Positions 48,250-58,768 of a DNA stretch of 64,000 nt are shown here, piece by piece. A program made the position numbers and the translations under genes. The notes under the pieces were generated by a model, which saw only the letters and a list, made by a program, of their open reading frames with translations, was not told the origin of the DNA and did no database searches. This stretch comes from a bacterium. GTDB lineage: Bacteria; Patescibacteriota; Saccharimonadia; Saccharimonadales; UBA4665. The stretch spans positions 47,245 to 111,244 of the forward strand of contig JAJZKE010000001.1 of NCBI GenBank assembly GCA_021809645.1, in the 5' to 3' direction. Positions within the stretch are counted from its first letter, which is position 1. Every line of letters starts with the position of its first letter.

Positions 48250-49710
48250 TTAACCTATCTTAGACTTTATTAAGGTTGTAACTATTGTCGGATTAGCTTG
48301 ACCTTTTGATCCCTTCATTACCTGACCGACGAGAAAGCCAATAGCTTTATCTTTACCCTCTTTGAGATCTTTAACCGCTTGAGGGTTATTGGCTAATACT
48401 TGATCGACGATATCATTTAACAGTCCTTCATCAGATGTTTGTAAAAGTTTAGATTCCTTAGCTACTTCTTTTACATCCTTTGGTAACTTTTTCATGGTTA
48501 ACAATTGACTGATTAGTAGTTTAATATTCGTTGAGCTAATTTCTCCTGATTCAAATATTGAATATACCTGATTATATATCTGCTGAATATTTTTATCGCT
48601 TAATTCTATATTTTTAGCTGATTCGGCAAGTTTTTTACGTAAGGGTAGTTCAATATTAACCAGCCAATTAGCAATTACCCGAGCCTGGTTGGTTGGTAAA
48701 TTAACTAAATAATCTAAATTGTTTAACGAATATTCAATTTCGGCTTCAATTAAACTTTCAATAATTGATGTACTTAAACTGTGTTTAGAAACTTGTTGAC
48801 GCCAATACTTGGGTAACTTAGGCATTGATTGTTGGATTTTTAATATATATTGATCATCTAGTAATATTGGTGGTAAGTCTGGATCAGGCATGTATCGATA
48901 GTCATCGGCATTTTCTTTAGAACGCATCGAATAGCCTTGTCCTTTAGTATCGTTCCAGCCTCTTGTTTCTTGAATCACTTGTTGGCCAGACTCGATTAGA
49001 TCTATTTGGCGATTCATTTCATAAGTTATCGCTCTTTCAATTGATCGAAAACTATTCAGGTTCTTTGTTTCAGTTCTTGTACCTAATTGATTATCTTTTG
49101 AGATACTGACATTTACATCGAATCTCATGTTGCCGTAGTAAAGATTGGCTTCTGAAACATCAGCATAACGCATTAGAAGATAAAGCTCATGAGCATAGGC
49201 TTTTGCTTCTTCAGGACTATGCATTTCTGGTTCTGAGACAATTTCAAGTAGAGGCGTGCCAGCACGATTAAGATCAACAAGACTATAGTTCTGATTGTCG
49301 GGATGAATACTTTTTCCGGCGTCTGATTCAAGATGGGCCCTGGTTATATTAACTCGTCTTAATTGATCATTACAGTAAAATTCGACGTAACCGCCAACGA
49401 TAATCGGTTGATCATATTGACTTATTTGATAACCCATTGGTAAATCGGGGTAAAAATAATGCTTACGATCAAATTTTGAAAAATATGAAGGTTTTGAGTT
49501 TAAAGCAAATGCAGCTTTTGAAGCTAATTCAATTGCTTTTTCATTTAAAACTGGCAAAGCACCAGGTAATCCAAAATCTATATGATTGATTAAAGTGTTA
49601 GCAACACTATCTTTACTGTCGTTATCTGAGCCAGAAAAAAGCTTAGACTTTGTTTTTAGCTGAACATGAGTCTCAATACCAACAGTTAAAATATATTCTA
49701 TTTTAGGCAT
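48250..49710 (-). CDS. gatB: Asp/Glu-tRNA amidotransferase subunit B
   Basis: VGIETHVQL, YFYPDLP..YQISQ, and a C-terminal GatB/YqeY domain. Confidence 0.96.
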   Translation of the reverse strand: MPKIEYILTVGIETHVQLKTKSKLFSGSDNDSKDSVANTLINHIDFGLPGALPVLNEKAIELASKAAFALNSKPSYFSKFDRKHYFYPDLPMGYQISQYDQPIIVGGYVEFYCNDQLRRVNITRAHLESDAGKSIHPDNQNYSLVDLNRAGTPLLEIVSEPEMHSPEEAKAYAHELYLLMRYADVSEANLYYGNMRFDVNVSISKDNQLGTRTETKNLNSFRSIERAITYEMNRQIDLIESGQQVIQETRGWNDTKGQGYSMRSKENADDYRYMPDPDLPPILLDDQYILKIQQSMPKLPKYWRQQVSKHSLSTSIIESLIEAEIEYSLNNLDYLVNLPTNQARVIANWLVNIELPLRKKLAESAKNIELSDKNIQQIYNQVYSIFESGEISSTNIKLLISQLLTMKKLPKDVKEVAKESKLLQTSDEGLLNDIVDQVLANNPQAVKDLKEGKDKAIGFLVGQVMKGSKGQANPTIVTTLIKSKIG

Positions 49711-50137
49711 TTTTCTTTCCTTTTTTATCTGGGCCTAAGGCACCTAAGTCTTTTAAAGCAAGTCTGAAAGCCGCTAGTGCTTCAAGAGTATCTTTTTTAC
49801 TTAATTCCCGATAATTATGGTCTGTTATCTTATTCTTTAATTTATGGCTTAACCAAACTGCATCATTTGAAGTAAAAAAGTGTTGAGCTGAAACTAAACG
49901 TTCACCAGTGGTTTTACCATGAAAATGACGTTTTTTTAAGGCCTCATCGAGTAAATTGTCAGCTTCAATAACTGCTTGGTACCATGTTTTCTTACTCGAA
50001 CAGAGTTTTTGTAATTTAGTCCAACGTCTCATAAAGTACTTTTTGTCTAATACAGTTTTTTTATTCCTTAATATAAATGTAGTTATAACAACAATTAAGA
50101 TTAGAACCCCGCCAGATATGTTAACAAAATTAAGCAT
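49703..50137 (-). CDS. Hypothetical 144-aa single-pass membrane protein inserted between gatA and gatB
   Basis: The start overlaps the gatA stop by 8 nt (AATGCTTAA), with GAGGA upstream. The stop overlaps the gatB start by 8 nt. It has an N-terminal TM helix (GGVLILIVVITTFIL) and a helical soluble part. Confidence 0.6.
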   Translation of the reverse strand: MLNFVNISGGVLILIVVITTFILRNKKTVLDKKYFMRRWTKLQKLCSSKKTWYQAVIEADNLLDEALKKRHFHGKTTGERLVSAQHFFTSNDAVWLSHKLKNKITDHNYRELSKKDTLEALAAFRLALKDLGALGPDKKGKKNA

Positions 50138-51557
50138 TGATTAATTCCTCTAGATATTTAGCATAATTAATCAAATTATGATCTTCTTTTTGCCTAGCCA
50201 TTAATTGTACACCGATAGGTAATTTGTCAACCTTACCAGCCGGTATGGCGATTGACGGTATGCCAACTAGATTAGCTGCAACAAGAACAATATCATTGAG
50301 GTACATTGATAGCGGATCAGCTGTGAACTCGCCAATTTTAAAAGCAGTGGTCGGTGTAGCTGGACCAATTAAGTAATCTACTTTTTTAAATGCTTCAGTA
50401 AATTCATTAATCATTTTAGTTCTTACTATTTGAGCCTTTTTATAATAAGCATCGTAGTAGCCGCTACTTAGTACGTAAGTACCGATCATTATTCGTCTTT
50501 TTGCCTCGTTGCCAAAACCTTTAGAGCGGCTGTTATAGTAACTTTCTTCTAAGCTTTTAGAATTAGCGTCACTAAAACCGTATCTTTGACCATCGTAGCG
50601 GCTTAAATTTGATGCTACTTCTGCTGGACAAAGTATATAGTAAACTGCTAGAGCCAAAGGTAAACTGGGTAAACTTATTTCTTTAACTATATCTCCGTTG
50701 TTACTTATTTTTTCCGATATTGACAGTACTCTATCTTTGACTTTTTGATTAATGCCGTCAGCTAAATATTCTTTAACTAGGCCAATCTTTATCTGTTTAT
50801 TGGGCTTTTTAAAGTCACTAAATTTATTATCTTTAACTTCTACGGTAGTTGAATCAAGGTCATCTTGACCACTCATTACTTCCATAACTAGAGCTACATC
50901 TTCAACACAATTAGCCAGTGCGCCAATACAATCAGTACTACTAGCCATTGCTACTACTCCTGAGCGGCTGACCAGGCCATATGTTGGTTTATAGCCAACA
51001 ACACCGCAAAAACTTGCTGGTGCCCTAATTGATCCGCCTGTATCAGTGCCTAAACTAAAGGGCGCAACATCAAGAGCGATTGATGCTGCAGATCCACCTG
51101 AACTACCGCCTGGAACACGAGACTTATCATAAGGGTTTAATGTTGTAAAGAAATCACTGTTTTCAGTGCTTGAACCATGAGCAAAGGCATCTAGATTTGC
51201 TTTAGCAACGCAAATAGCTCCCTCAGCTTCAAGCTTATTAATTGCTGTTGCCTGATAAGGGGCATCAAATCCTTTCAACATGTTACTAGCGGCCGTAGTT
51301 TCAGCTCCAAAAGCAAGAAAGTTATCTTTAGCTATAAAAGGTACACCGGCTAAACGACCGGCGTTTTGACCTTTTTTTACCTTATTATCTATCTCTTCAG
51401 CCCGACGTCTAGCTCTATCGCTGGTTGTTGAGATAATTGCTTGAAATTCTTTTTTTTGTTCTATTAATGCAAGTGATTTGGCAACTAGACTAGCGGCGCT
51501 AGTCTTACCGCTATTAACTTCTTTGGCAAGTTGTTGTATTTTTGGCCAGTTGCTCAT
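50130..51557 (-). CDS. gatA: Glutamyl-tRNA(Gln) amidotransferase subunit A
   Basis: Amidase signature GGSSGGSAA...GTDTGGSIR. Confidence 0.96.
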   Translation of the reverse strand: MSNWPKIQQLAKEVNSGKTSAASLVAKSLALIEQKKEFQAIISTTSDRARRRAEEIDNKVKKGQNAGRLAGVPFIAKDNFLAFGAETTAASNMLKGFDAPYQATAINKLEAEGAICVAKANLDAFAHGSSTENSDFFTTLNPYDKSRVPGGSSGGSAASIALDVAPFSLGTDTGGSIRAPASFCGVVGYKPTYGLVSRSGVVAMASSTDCIGALANCVEDVALVMEVMSGQDDLDSTTVEVKDNKFSDFKKPNKQIKIGLVKEYLADGINQKVKDRVLSISEKISNNGDIVKEISLPSLPLALAVYYILCPAEVASNLSRYDGQRYGFSDANSKSLEESYYNSRSKGFGNEAKRRIMIGTYVLSSGYYDAYYKKAQIVRTKMINEFTEAFKKVDYLIGPATPTTAFKIGEFTADPLSMYLNDIVLVAANLVGIPSIAIPAGKVDKLPIGVQLMARQKEDHNLINYAKYLEELINA

Positions 51558-51847
51558 TCAATCATCCGTCCAACTCGTATGTATCGATCGTGCATTTTAG
51601 GGACTATTTTTAAAATATCATCTACTTGATATCCGTAATTTATTACTTTGTCAGGACGCCAAACATTTACTAGTCCGGTTACCTGATTAGTCGGTTCTAG
51701 GTCATCAGTTTCAACTTCGTTAAGTTGCTCAACGTAATTTAATATGCTAGATATTTCATTGATAAAGCTTTCAACTTCCTCATCACTTAGACTTAATCTA
51801 GCTAATTGAGCCAATTTTAATATATCATCATGTGATAAAATTGCCAT
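51554..51847 (-). CDS. gatC: Asp/Glu-tRNA amidotransferase subunit C
   Basis: 97 aa with an IL.LA.LARLSLSDEE...I..IL.YV.QL pattern. Overlaps the gatA start by 4 nt. Confidence 0.9.
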   Translation of the reverse strand: MAILSHDDILKLAQLARLSLSDEEVESFINEISSILNYVEQLNEVETDDLEPTNQVTGLVNVWRPDKVINYGYQVDDILKIVPKMHDRYIRVGRMIE

Positions 51848-51892
51848 TTGTCATTTAGTATAACTCATGGGCTTACTTTAAAAAATGGTTGA

Positions 51893-53893
51893 TTAGTTGT
51901 TATTTTTATTCATTTTATTTTTTATCTGATCAATTAAATCTCGCAGCTCTGCAGCTTGTTCAAATTGCAAGTTAGCGGCAGCTAGTTCCATTTGTGAAGT
52001 TAAATCATTAATCAATAATTTATATTCTTCTTTTGGTATTTTATTAAGTTCAATTTTGGCTCTTTTTGCTTCTTCTGGTAAGTCTGGGCGTATACCTTTG
52101 TCGATCGACTTGGAAATGCCTTCAGGAGTAATATGATGTTCTTTATTATATTTATCTTGTAACGCTCGCCGTCTATTAGTTTTGTCGATGGTTTTATTCA
52201 TACTTTCAGTTAAATGATCAGCATACATCAACACTCTTCCTTGTTCATGCCGAGCAGCTCGGCCTACTGTCTGAATTAATGCTTGTTCGCTTCTTAAAAA
52301 TCCTTCTTTGTCGGCATCGAGGATAATTACTAAACTCACTTCTGGTAAATCTAATCCTTCTCTCAATAAATTAATACCGACTAAGACATCGTATACTCCG
52401 AGCCTTAAGTCACGTAATATATCGCTTCTATCTAAAGTATCAATGTCGCTATGTAAATATGATACTTTTATGCCTAGATCTTCTAGGTATTGCGCAAGAT
52501 CCTCGGCCATTCTTTTAGTTAATGTTGTAATCAGAACTCTTTGTTGCTTCTTGATTGTATCTTTTATCTCGCCTAATAAGTCATCAATTTGACCTTCTAT
52601 CGGTCTTACTTCTATTAGAGGATCAAGTATGCCAGTTGGCCTAATGAGTTGTTCGGCTGGTTTTGGACTTCTAGAAAGTTCGTATTGGCTGGGTGTAGCA
52701 CTAACATAAACAACTTTATTGATATGTCTTTCAAATTCATTGAAGGTTAGTGGTCGATTATCTAAAGCGCTCGGTAAGCGAAAGCCGTGTTCAACTAATA
52801 CCTCCTTGCGTGAACGGTCGCCATTATACATACCTCTAAGTTGAGGAATGGTCATATGACTTTCATCGATAACCATTAAAAAATCATCAGGAAAGTAATC
52901 TAATAAAGTAGCTGGCTGTTCTCCTGGTTGACGATTAGTTAAATACCGAGAATAGTTTTCAATACCTTTAACAAATCCTGTTTCGGTTAACATTTCTAAA
53001 TCGAAGTTTGTTCGTTGACTAAGCCTTTGTGCTTCGAGTAGCTTATTTTGATTATTAAGTTCGTTAAGTCTTTGATCGAGCTCTTTTTTTATTTGATTGA
53101 TTGCTTTTTTTAATTTTTCTTGGGGAGTAACGTAATGCGATCCAGGGAAGATTCGGTAACTTTCCAAATTAGCTAGTATTTCGCCGGTTAGAGGATCAAT
53201 GCGTGTTATCCGATCAATTTCTTCACCAAAAAAATCAATACGATAAGCATATTCTTCGCCAGCAGGATAAACATCAACGACATCACCCTTAACCCTAAAA
53301 GTACTTCTATGAAAATCAATATCATTACGTTGATATTGGATATCACTTAATTGTCTCAAAAATTTGTCTCTAACCCGTCTCTCTTTAACCCTTAAATTGA
53401 TCGATAAATCTGAATAATCATTGACTGATCCAATGCCATATATGCAACTAACGCTAGCCACAATAATAACGTCACGACGGCTCAATAAGGCATCTGTAGT
53501 TGCGTGCCTTAAACGATCAATTTCTTCATTTATCTGCGAATCTTTCTCAATATATGTGTCAGATCTTGGAATATATGCTTCTGGTTGATAATAGTCAAAG
53601 TAGCTAACAAAATAATGGACAGCATTATCCGGAAAAAATGTTTTAAATTCTGAATATAGTTGAGCGGCTAGGGTTTTATTATGGCTTAAAACTAATGTTG
53701 GTTTATTAATATTTTTTATGACGTTTGAGATAGTAAAAGTTTTACCGCTGCCGGTAACTCCTAATAGAGTCTGATGCTTAACATTGGCTAGTAAGCCTTC
53801 GGTTAATTGCTTAATTGCTTTAGGCTGATCGCCAGTTGGTTGGTAATCACTTTTTAACTTAAACGAATCCATGTCATATATTCTATATGACAA
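51893..53893 (-). CDS. uvrB: Excinuclease ABC subunit B
   Basis: [20 protein letters not shown], the beta-hairpin region, and the C-terminal UVR motif FEQAAELRD. Confidence 0.97.
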   Translation of the reverse strand: MSYRIYDMDSFKLKSDYQPTGDQPKAIKQLTEGLLANVKHQTLLGVTGSGKTFTISNVIKNINKPTLVLSHNKTLAAQLYSEFKTFFPDNAVHYFVSYFDYYQPEAYIPRSDTYIEKDSQINEEIDRLRHATTDALLSRRDVIIVASVSCIYGIGSVNDYSDLSINLRVKERRVRDKFLRQLSDIQYQRNDIDFHRSTFRVKGDVVDVYPAGEEYAYRIDFFGEEIDRITRIDPLTGEILANLESYRIFPGSHYVTPQEKLKKAINQIKKELDQRLNELNNQNKLLEAQRLSQRTNFDLEMLTETGFVKGIENYSRYLTNRQPGEQPATLLDYFPDDFLMVIDESHMTIPQLRGMYNGDRSRKEVLVEHGFRLPSALDNRPLTFNEFERHINKVVYVSATPSQYELSRSPKPAEQLIRPTGILDPLIEVRPIEGQIDDLLGEIKDTIKKQQRVLITTLTKRMAEDLAQYLEDLGIKVSYLHSDIDTLDRSDILRDLRLGVYDVLVGINLLREGLDLPEVSLVIILDADKEGFLRSEQALIQTVGRAARHEQGRVLMYADHLTESMNKTIDKTNRRRALQDKYNKEHHITPEGISKSIDKGIRPDLPEEAKRAKIELNKIPKEEYKLLINDLTSQMELAAANLQFEQAAELRDLIDQIKNKMNKNNN

Positions 53894-53910
53894 CTGCTAG
53901 CTAATAAATT

Positions 53911-54477
53911 TTAGTTATATAAATTCAAGTATTTAGCGTTCACATCATCCAGATGCTTAGTTAACTGGCTAATTAAGTCATCAGCCGAATCACTAAAGCA
54001 AATCGGTATGTTATTGCGAATAGGTTTTGCTATGTCTAGTAAACGCTGAATTTCATCGCCTATACCGCCGGCGCCATGTAAAAAACCAATAGGCGTGTCA
54101 GTTTCTGCAGCAATCGTAAATTCGTGAAGCGTGCCTAACCGTCCACCAATGCTCAGTACTGCATCGCTTGATGTTATTAGTAAACTATCTCGACCAGCAT
54201 AATGTAACCCGGTATACAAAATTACATCATAGGCCTTTACCGGTAATCTGTATTTAATGACATGCTCAACTTTTGAGGCAGCCGGACTAATACCAAGACT
54301 CATCTTACCGCCTGCTTGCTTATATCCTTCAGCAGCGTAATTAGGAAGTCCTACGGTAGCACCAGTTAAAAGAGTATGTCCAGCTTTTGCTAAAGCTGCG
54401 CCTAATTGTTTAGCAAGGTGTTTACCTTCTTCGACGCTTTCACCACGAGCAGCGCCTGAAACAGAAAATTGATACAT
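53911..54477 (-). CDS. LOG/TIGR00725-like (SLOG superfamily) protein
   Basis: Rossmann-like fold with GGRLGTLHEF (a GGxGTxxE-type motif) and an N-terminal SVSGAARG. Confidence 0.6.
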   Translation of the reverse strand: MYQFSVSGAARGESVEEGKHLAKQLGAALAKAGHTLLTGATVGLPNYAAEGYKQAGGKMSLGISPAASKVEHVIKYRLPVKAYDVILYTGLHYAGRDSLLITSSDAVLSIGGRLGTLHEFTIAAETDTPIGFLHGAGGIGDEIQRLLDIAKPIRNNIPICFSDSADDLISQLTKHLDDVNAKYLNLYN

Positions 54478-54500
54478 TGTTTTAAGTATAACTCTTATGA

Positions 54501-55742
54501 TTAATTAAATTCCAGTACTTCATTTTTTGACAACGTTACCTCCTTAAATAACCAGTTAATAATATGTTCTGGTTTTAGATACATTGATGTTAACTCCTGA
54601 CTTAGGGCATGTCTAAAGTGAGATATCTGACGTTTTTCATAAGTTAAATCATTAGATAAATTATGAGCTACGTCTAAGACATTTAATGAAGTAACCTCTG
54701 AAGAATTTAAATAACCTAGAAAATGACTGTCAAGCCAAAAGTTTAAGTCGCCTAAAATATTGGAAAAGTTTTGTCGTATATTTTCATATTTTAAATCTTC
54801 TTTTTGTAAATGTGGCAAATGAGCTAAATATTTGCTAACATTAGTTGCTGTTATTTTTTCAGTCACTTTCTTTAATTCTATTTGTTCGTTAAGCAGATTA
54901 ATTTCTGAATAAGGTTCATTACAGGTAATTTGATATAATTTTTTGCCGAGTTGGCCACTGACTTGATGAATCTTTAAATAACTAGAAACAGCTAAAATTA
55001 CTTCTATTTCCGATATTAAATTAATTAACATCGTAATAACACTTCCTGGTTTAGGATTATCATCAACGGGCAATATAATAATACTGGCTAACTCATAACA
55101 AGAGACTAAAGTTAAATCGGTACTTTCTTTTACATCGTTTAGTATAGTTGTCCATTTACTATTTGTTTTGGTAATAACAGTCAACGAGCGGCTTTCAAAA
55201 GAAGTATTGTCGAGCTTTTTATATTTAAAATAAAAGTTGTTTAAATACACTTCAGATTCAAAGATATTAATAGCCATTAATATTAACGGCATAGGTTCGT
55301 GTTTTAGCATTGAATCAATTGAGCGGTAATTTAATGCTTTCATTGCTTTTTTCGGCGGTAATTGTTTAAATATTCTTTTTAGCACGCTAGGCCTAACAGA
55401 TAAACATGATGTTTTTATATCTAGTAGTTTTATTAACTCTAAAAGGCCATCAAGAAAATTAGCTTCAGCATTAACTCTTGTTGCCGCTAATGTCCTTATA
55501 TTATTTATTATATTGACTTCGTCTCTTTTAAGCTTATGATTTAAAGCATAATATATTTCTTTGGCGGTAGTATCTCTTGGGTCAAGTTCTAGCTCTCTTA
55601 TTTTCTGATAGGTACTTTGAATAATTTGAGATGAAAGTCTAATATCGTTATTGGGGTGTCCACTACGTCTCTCAAGCGCCATTATTGATTGCTTGAATTT
55701 AGGATGATTTTGTCCGAGTAATTCGCCAAGATGTTGACTCAA
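54501..55742 (-). CDS. Hypothetical 413-aa soluble protein
   Basis: A long ORF with no TM segments and no recognisable motifs. Confidence 0.6.
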   Translation of the reverse strand: MSQHLGELLGQNHPKFKQSIMALERRSGHPNNDIRLSSQIIQSTYQKIRELELDPRDTTAKEIYYALNHKLKRDEVNIINNIRTLAATRVNAEANFLDGLLELIKLLDIKTSCLSVRPSVLKRIFKQLPPKKAMKALNYRSIDSMLKHEPMPLILMAINIFESEVYLNNFYFKYKKLDNTSFESRSLTVITKTNSKWTTILNDVKESTDLTLVSCYELASIIILPVDDNPKPGSVITMLINLISEIEVILAVSSYLKIHQVSGQLGKKLYQITCNEPYSEINLLNEQIELKKVTEKITATNVSKYLAHLPHLQKEDLKYENIRQNFSNILGDLNFWLDSHFLGYLNSSEVTSLNVLDVAHNLSNDLTYEKRQISHFRHALSQELTSMYLKPEHIINWLFKEVTLSKNEVLEFN

Positions 55743-55814
55743 TTATGATAGAACCTTTCAGTATTTATTTTAGCTCTTAGACTATTTACTAATGGTATAT
55801 TAGCATAAATACTA

Positions 55815-56831
55815 TCAGTTGTTTAAATTGGAAGTATGATACCAATTAGGTGCTTTCCTTAAAAAAGATTGTAACTGGTATTCAGACAATAAACCCGCTT
55901 GAGCACCGACACTTTGGACAACACTCATCGAATTAATTGGTGCCCACATTAGAGCTCCTTCAATGTCTTGTCCTTTAGCCAAAGCTGCCACGAAAGTTGA
56001 AGCAAACGCATCACCAGCTCCTGTTCTATCTGTTGGTGGTGCTGGATCAGGATATAACGGCATCTTTAATCTCACAGATCCGTTTGAAGCATATGCTCCG
56101 CTAGGACCATCTGTAATAACTACCGTTCGAGGTCCAATTTCATGAAGTTTATCAAATAAATCGTTAATATCTTCGTGATTACCACCACCGACAATAACAG
56201 CTTCCTCTCTATTTAAAATCAGTACTTCGCATCTTTTATACAATCGATGTAAACGATGTACACCCGCCTCCATTTGAAAAGTACCTGGTTGGAAGGCAAA
56301 TTTAATATCTATATTATCATCCAGCCAGTCAGCAATCTGGTCATGATAATCCATGGCATGTTCACTAATTGAACTGAAATATACCCATCGTGGTAATTCT
56401 TTGGGAGTTATGTGAGGCCAATGATAATCATATTCCTCATGTTTAATTAAGATCGTTCGTTCGTCCTTGTACCAAAGAACATAATGATAATTGCTTTTCT
56501 TATTATGATTAATTTTTATAAAACGTGTATCGACTTCGTTTTCGTTAAGCGACTCGATCATGTCGCGACCATAACTATCATTACCGACGTTAGTTACAAA
56601 TGCACTATTTAAGCCCAGTCGAGCAAATGATACGGCGGCATTGGCGGCATTGCCTACCGCTTCTACAATTTGAACATGATCATAAGGTATTTTTGAACCA
56701 AACTCCATGGCAATTAAACGTTTATCATCTTTTTCGATGATTTGGGCTTGATCTTCGATAAGTTTTATAAAGGCATCAGTTACGATGTCACCGATACTTA
56801 TTACGTCTATTGAATCTGACAATTCTTCCAC
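55815..56831 (-). CDS. PfkB-family carbohydrate kinase
   Basis: GD.V.D N-terminal motif and the C-terminal DRTGAGDAF ATP/anion-hole motif. Confidence 0.85.
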   Translation of the reverse strand: MEELSDSIDVISIGDIVTDAFIKLIEDQAQIIEKDDKRLIAMEFGSKIPYDHVQIVEAVGNAANAAVSFARLGLNSAFVTNVGNDSYGRDMIESLNENEVDTRFIKINHNKKSNYHYVLWYKDERTILIKHEEYDYHWPHITPKELPRWVYFSSISEHAMDYHDQIADWLDDNIDIKFAFQPGTFQMEAGVHRLHRLYKRCEVLILNREEAVIVGGGNHEDINDLFDKLHEIGPRTVVITDGPSGAYASNGSVRLKMPLYPDPAPPTDRTGAGDAFASTFVAALAKGQDIEGALMWAPINSMSVVQSVGAQAGLLSEYQLQSFLRKAPNWYHTSNLNN

Positions 56832-56845
56832 CTTTTCTCTAATTT

Positions 56846-57772
56846 TTATATACTTAACGGATTAATTGATTTACCAGCAGAATTAAAATCTTCGATTTTG
56901 CTCTCAACAACTTCTTGGACAGACTTGACGACGTTTCGAGATATTAGCTTGGCTACTGAAAATTCATCGGGATTTTCCTTTAAGGCTTTCTCGATTGATG
57001 TCCGATAAGCAAATCTCATATCCGAGTTAATATTTATCTTGCTTACACCAATCTTAACTGCTTCTCGGAAATAATGGCCCGGGGTATCACTACCACCATG
57101 CAGTGATATATTGCAATCGATAGCTTCTCTAATACGTTTTAGTAATTCAAGATCAAGTATTTTAGGCACATTATATTTACCGTGTAAGTTACCGATGGCC
57201 GCTGCAAAAGTATCAATTCCCGTTGCATCAACGAATTGCTTAGCTCCTTCTGGAGTAGAAAAAGTCTTCTTTATTTCTTCATAATCTATTTCTTTGTCAA
57301 AAAAGTTAGATCCGCCGCCAAAGTAATGTGGTTCACTTTCTACCGATGCTCCAGTTAGTTTTGCATAGGCGACGACTTCTTTGGTAGCCTCAATAATTTC
57401 TTCATCTGAAGCTTCATGATTAGCTTGAGATACATCGATATGAATAAACTCAAAACCGGCCTCAATACCTCTTTTGGCAGCATCAACACTAGGGCTGTGG
57501 TCTAAATTAACATATATTTCGATTCCGTAATTGTACTTAAAGTTATCAACTAAATCTCTAACGTTATCAAGACCGATATCATCTACTTCTCCTTGGCTAA
57601 CCTCAACTAGTACCGGTGCTTTTTTGTTGGCAGCAGCCTGACAGACAGCTTTTAGTGTCGGTTCATCGTCTAAATTAAATGCACCGAAAGCCCAATGTTC
57701 TTGACGGGCCTGTTGCATTCTTTGGCGTGCTCTTTGGCAATTCCTTCTTATTTGAGGTAATGTTAGCGGCAT
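56846..57772 (-). CDS. fba: Class II fructose-bisphosphate aldolase family protein
   Basis: AFGAFNL, NLDHS, IHID.S and LHGGS(D) metal/substrate motifs. Confidence 0.85.
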   Translation of the reverse strand: MPLTLPQIRRNCQRARQRMQQARQEHWAFGAFNLDDEPTLKAVCQAAANKKAPVLVEVSQGEVDDIGLDNVRDLVDNFKYNYGIEIYVNLDHSPSVDAAKRGIEAGFEFIHIDVSQANHEASDEEIIEATKEVVAYAKLTGASVESEPHYFGGGSNFFDKEIDYEEIKKTFSTPEGAKQFVDATGIDTFAAAIGNLHGKYNVPKILDLELLKRIREAIDCNISLHGGSDTPGHYFREAVKIGVSKININSDMRFAYRTSIEKALKENPDEFSVAKLISRNVVKSVQEVVESKIEDFNSAGKSINPLSI

Positions 57773-57778
57773 ATAGTT

Positions 57779-58768
57779 CTATTGTAACTGTTTATGCTTT
57801 TTAATTTCAAGAATATTATGAGCAGCTAAGACAATATGTTTTGCATCAAGACCAAAAAAGTTAATTAACTCATCCATCTCGCCAGATTCTCCAAATCTAT
57901 CGAGCATACCTATTCGTCTCATTGGCGTCGGTAACTCTTCGGCCAATAACTCAGCAATTGCACCTCCAAAACCACCGATTATTTGGCCTTCTTCGACGGT
58001 TATTACTAAACGTGTCTTTTGAGCGCTCTTTAAAATTGTTTCTCGATCTAGAGGCTTAATAGTAGGAACATGAATTACTTCGGCATTAATACCATCTTTA
58101 GCTAAAATTTCGGCAGCTATCAAGGCTTGATAGGTCATTGTTCCAGTTGCCATTAAGCTAATATCAACACCTTGCCGATAAATATATGCTGGTCCAATTT
58201 CAAAAGGAGTTTCGATAGTCGTAATTATCGGTATAGCTTCACGAGCTAAACGCATATAGTTAGGTCGATCGTTTTTAGCCATTGCTAAAGTAATTTTTTT
58301 AGCTTCAACAGAATCAGCCGGAGCAAGGACGATCATATTCGGTAATACTCTCATTAGAGCAATATCTTCTAGCATCTGGTGAGTTGCGCCATCTGGACCA
58401 ACGCTAACACCAGTATGTGAACCGATAATTTTTACTGGCTGATTATTAAGACAGATTGTAGTTCTAATCTGCTCCCAATTTCTTCCTGGACTAAACGCTG
58501 CGTAGCTTGAAACAAATGGTATTTTACCGGCAGCTGCAAGACCACTGCCGACTGTTACTAGATTTTGTTCAGCTACGCCAATCTCGATAAATCGATCTGG
58601 ATATTTCTCTTGGAACATATACATTTGAGTAGATTCGGTAAGGTCAGCACAAGCTGCAACAACATTTACATCTTGGTCACCAGCCTCTACTAAACCAAGG
58701 CCGAATCCTTTACGGTTCGGTTCGGTTATCGGTTTCTTGCTATAGTCAGCTAAATTGTAGTCGGTCAT
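57779..58768 (-). CDS. Transketolase, C-terminal (Pyr/C-terminal domain) subunit
   Basis: IEIGVAEQNLV.VG.GLA and GPDGATHQ motifs. Overlaps the N-terminal subunit gene by 4 nt. Confidence 0.93.
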   Translation of the reverse strand: MTDYNLADYSKKPITEPNRKGFGLGLVEAGDQDVNVVAACADLTESTQMYMFQEKYPDRFIEIGVAEQNLVTVGSGLAAAGKIPFVSSYAAFSPGRNWEQIRTTICLNNQPVKIIGSHTGVSVGPDGATHQMLEDIALMRVLPNMIVLAPADSVEAKKITLAMAKNDRPNYMRLAREAIPIITTIETPFEIGPAYIYRQGVDISLMATGTMTYQALIAAEILAKDGINAEVIHVPTIKPLDRETILKSAQKTRLVITVEEGQIIGGFGGAIAELLAEELPTPMRRIGMLDRFGESGEMDELINFFGLDAKHIVLAAHNILEIKKHKQLQ

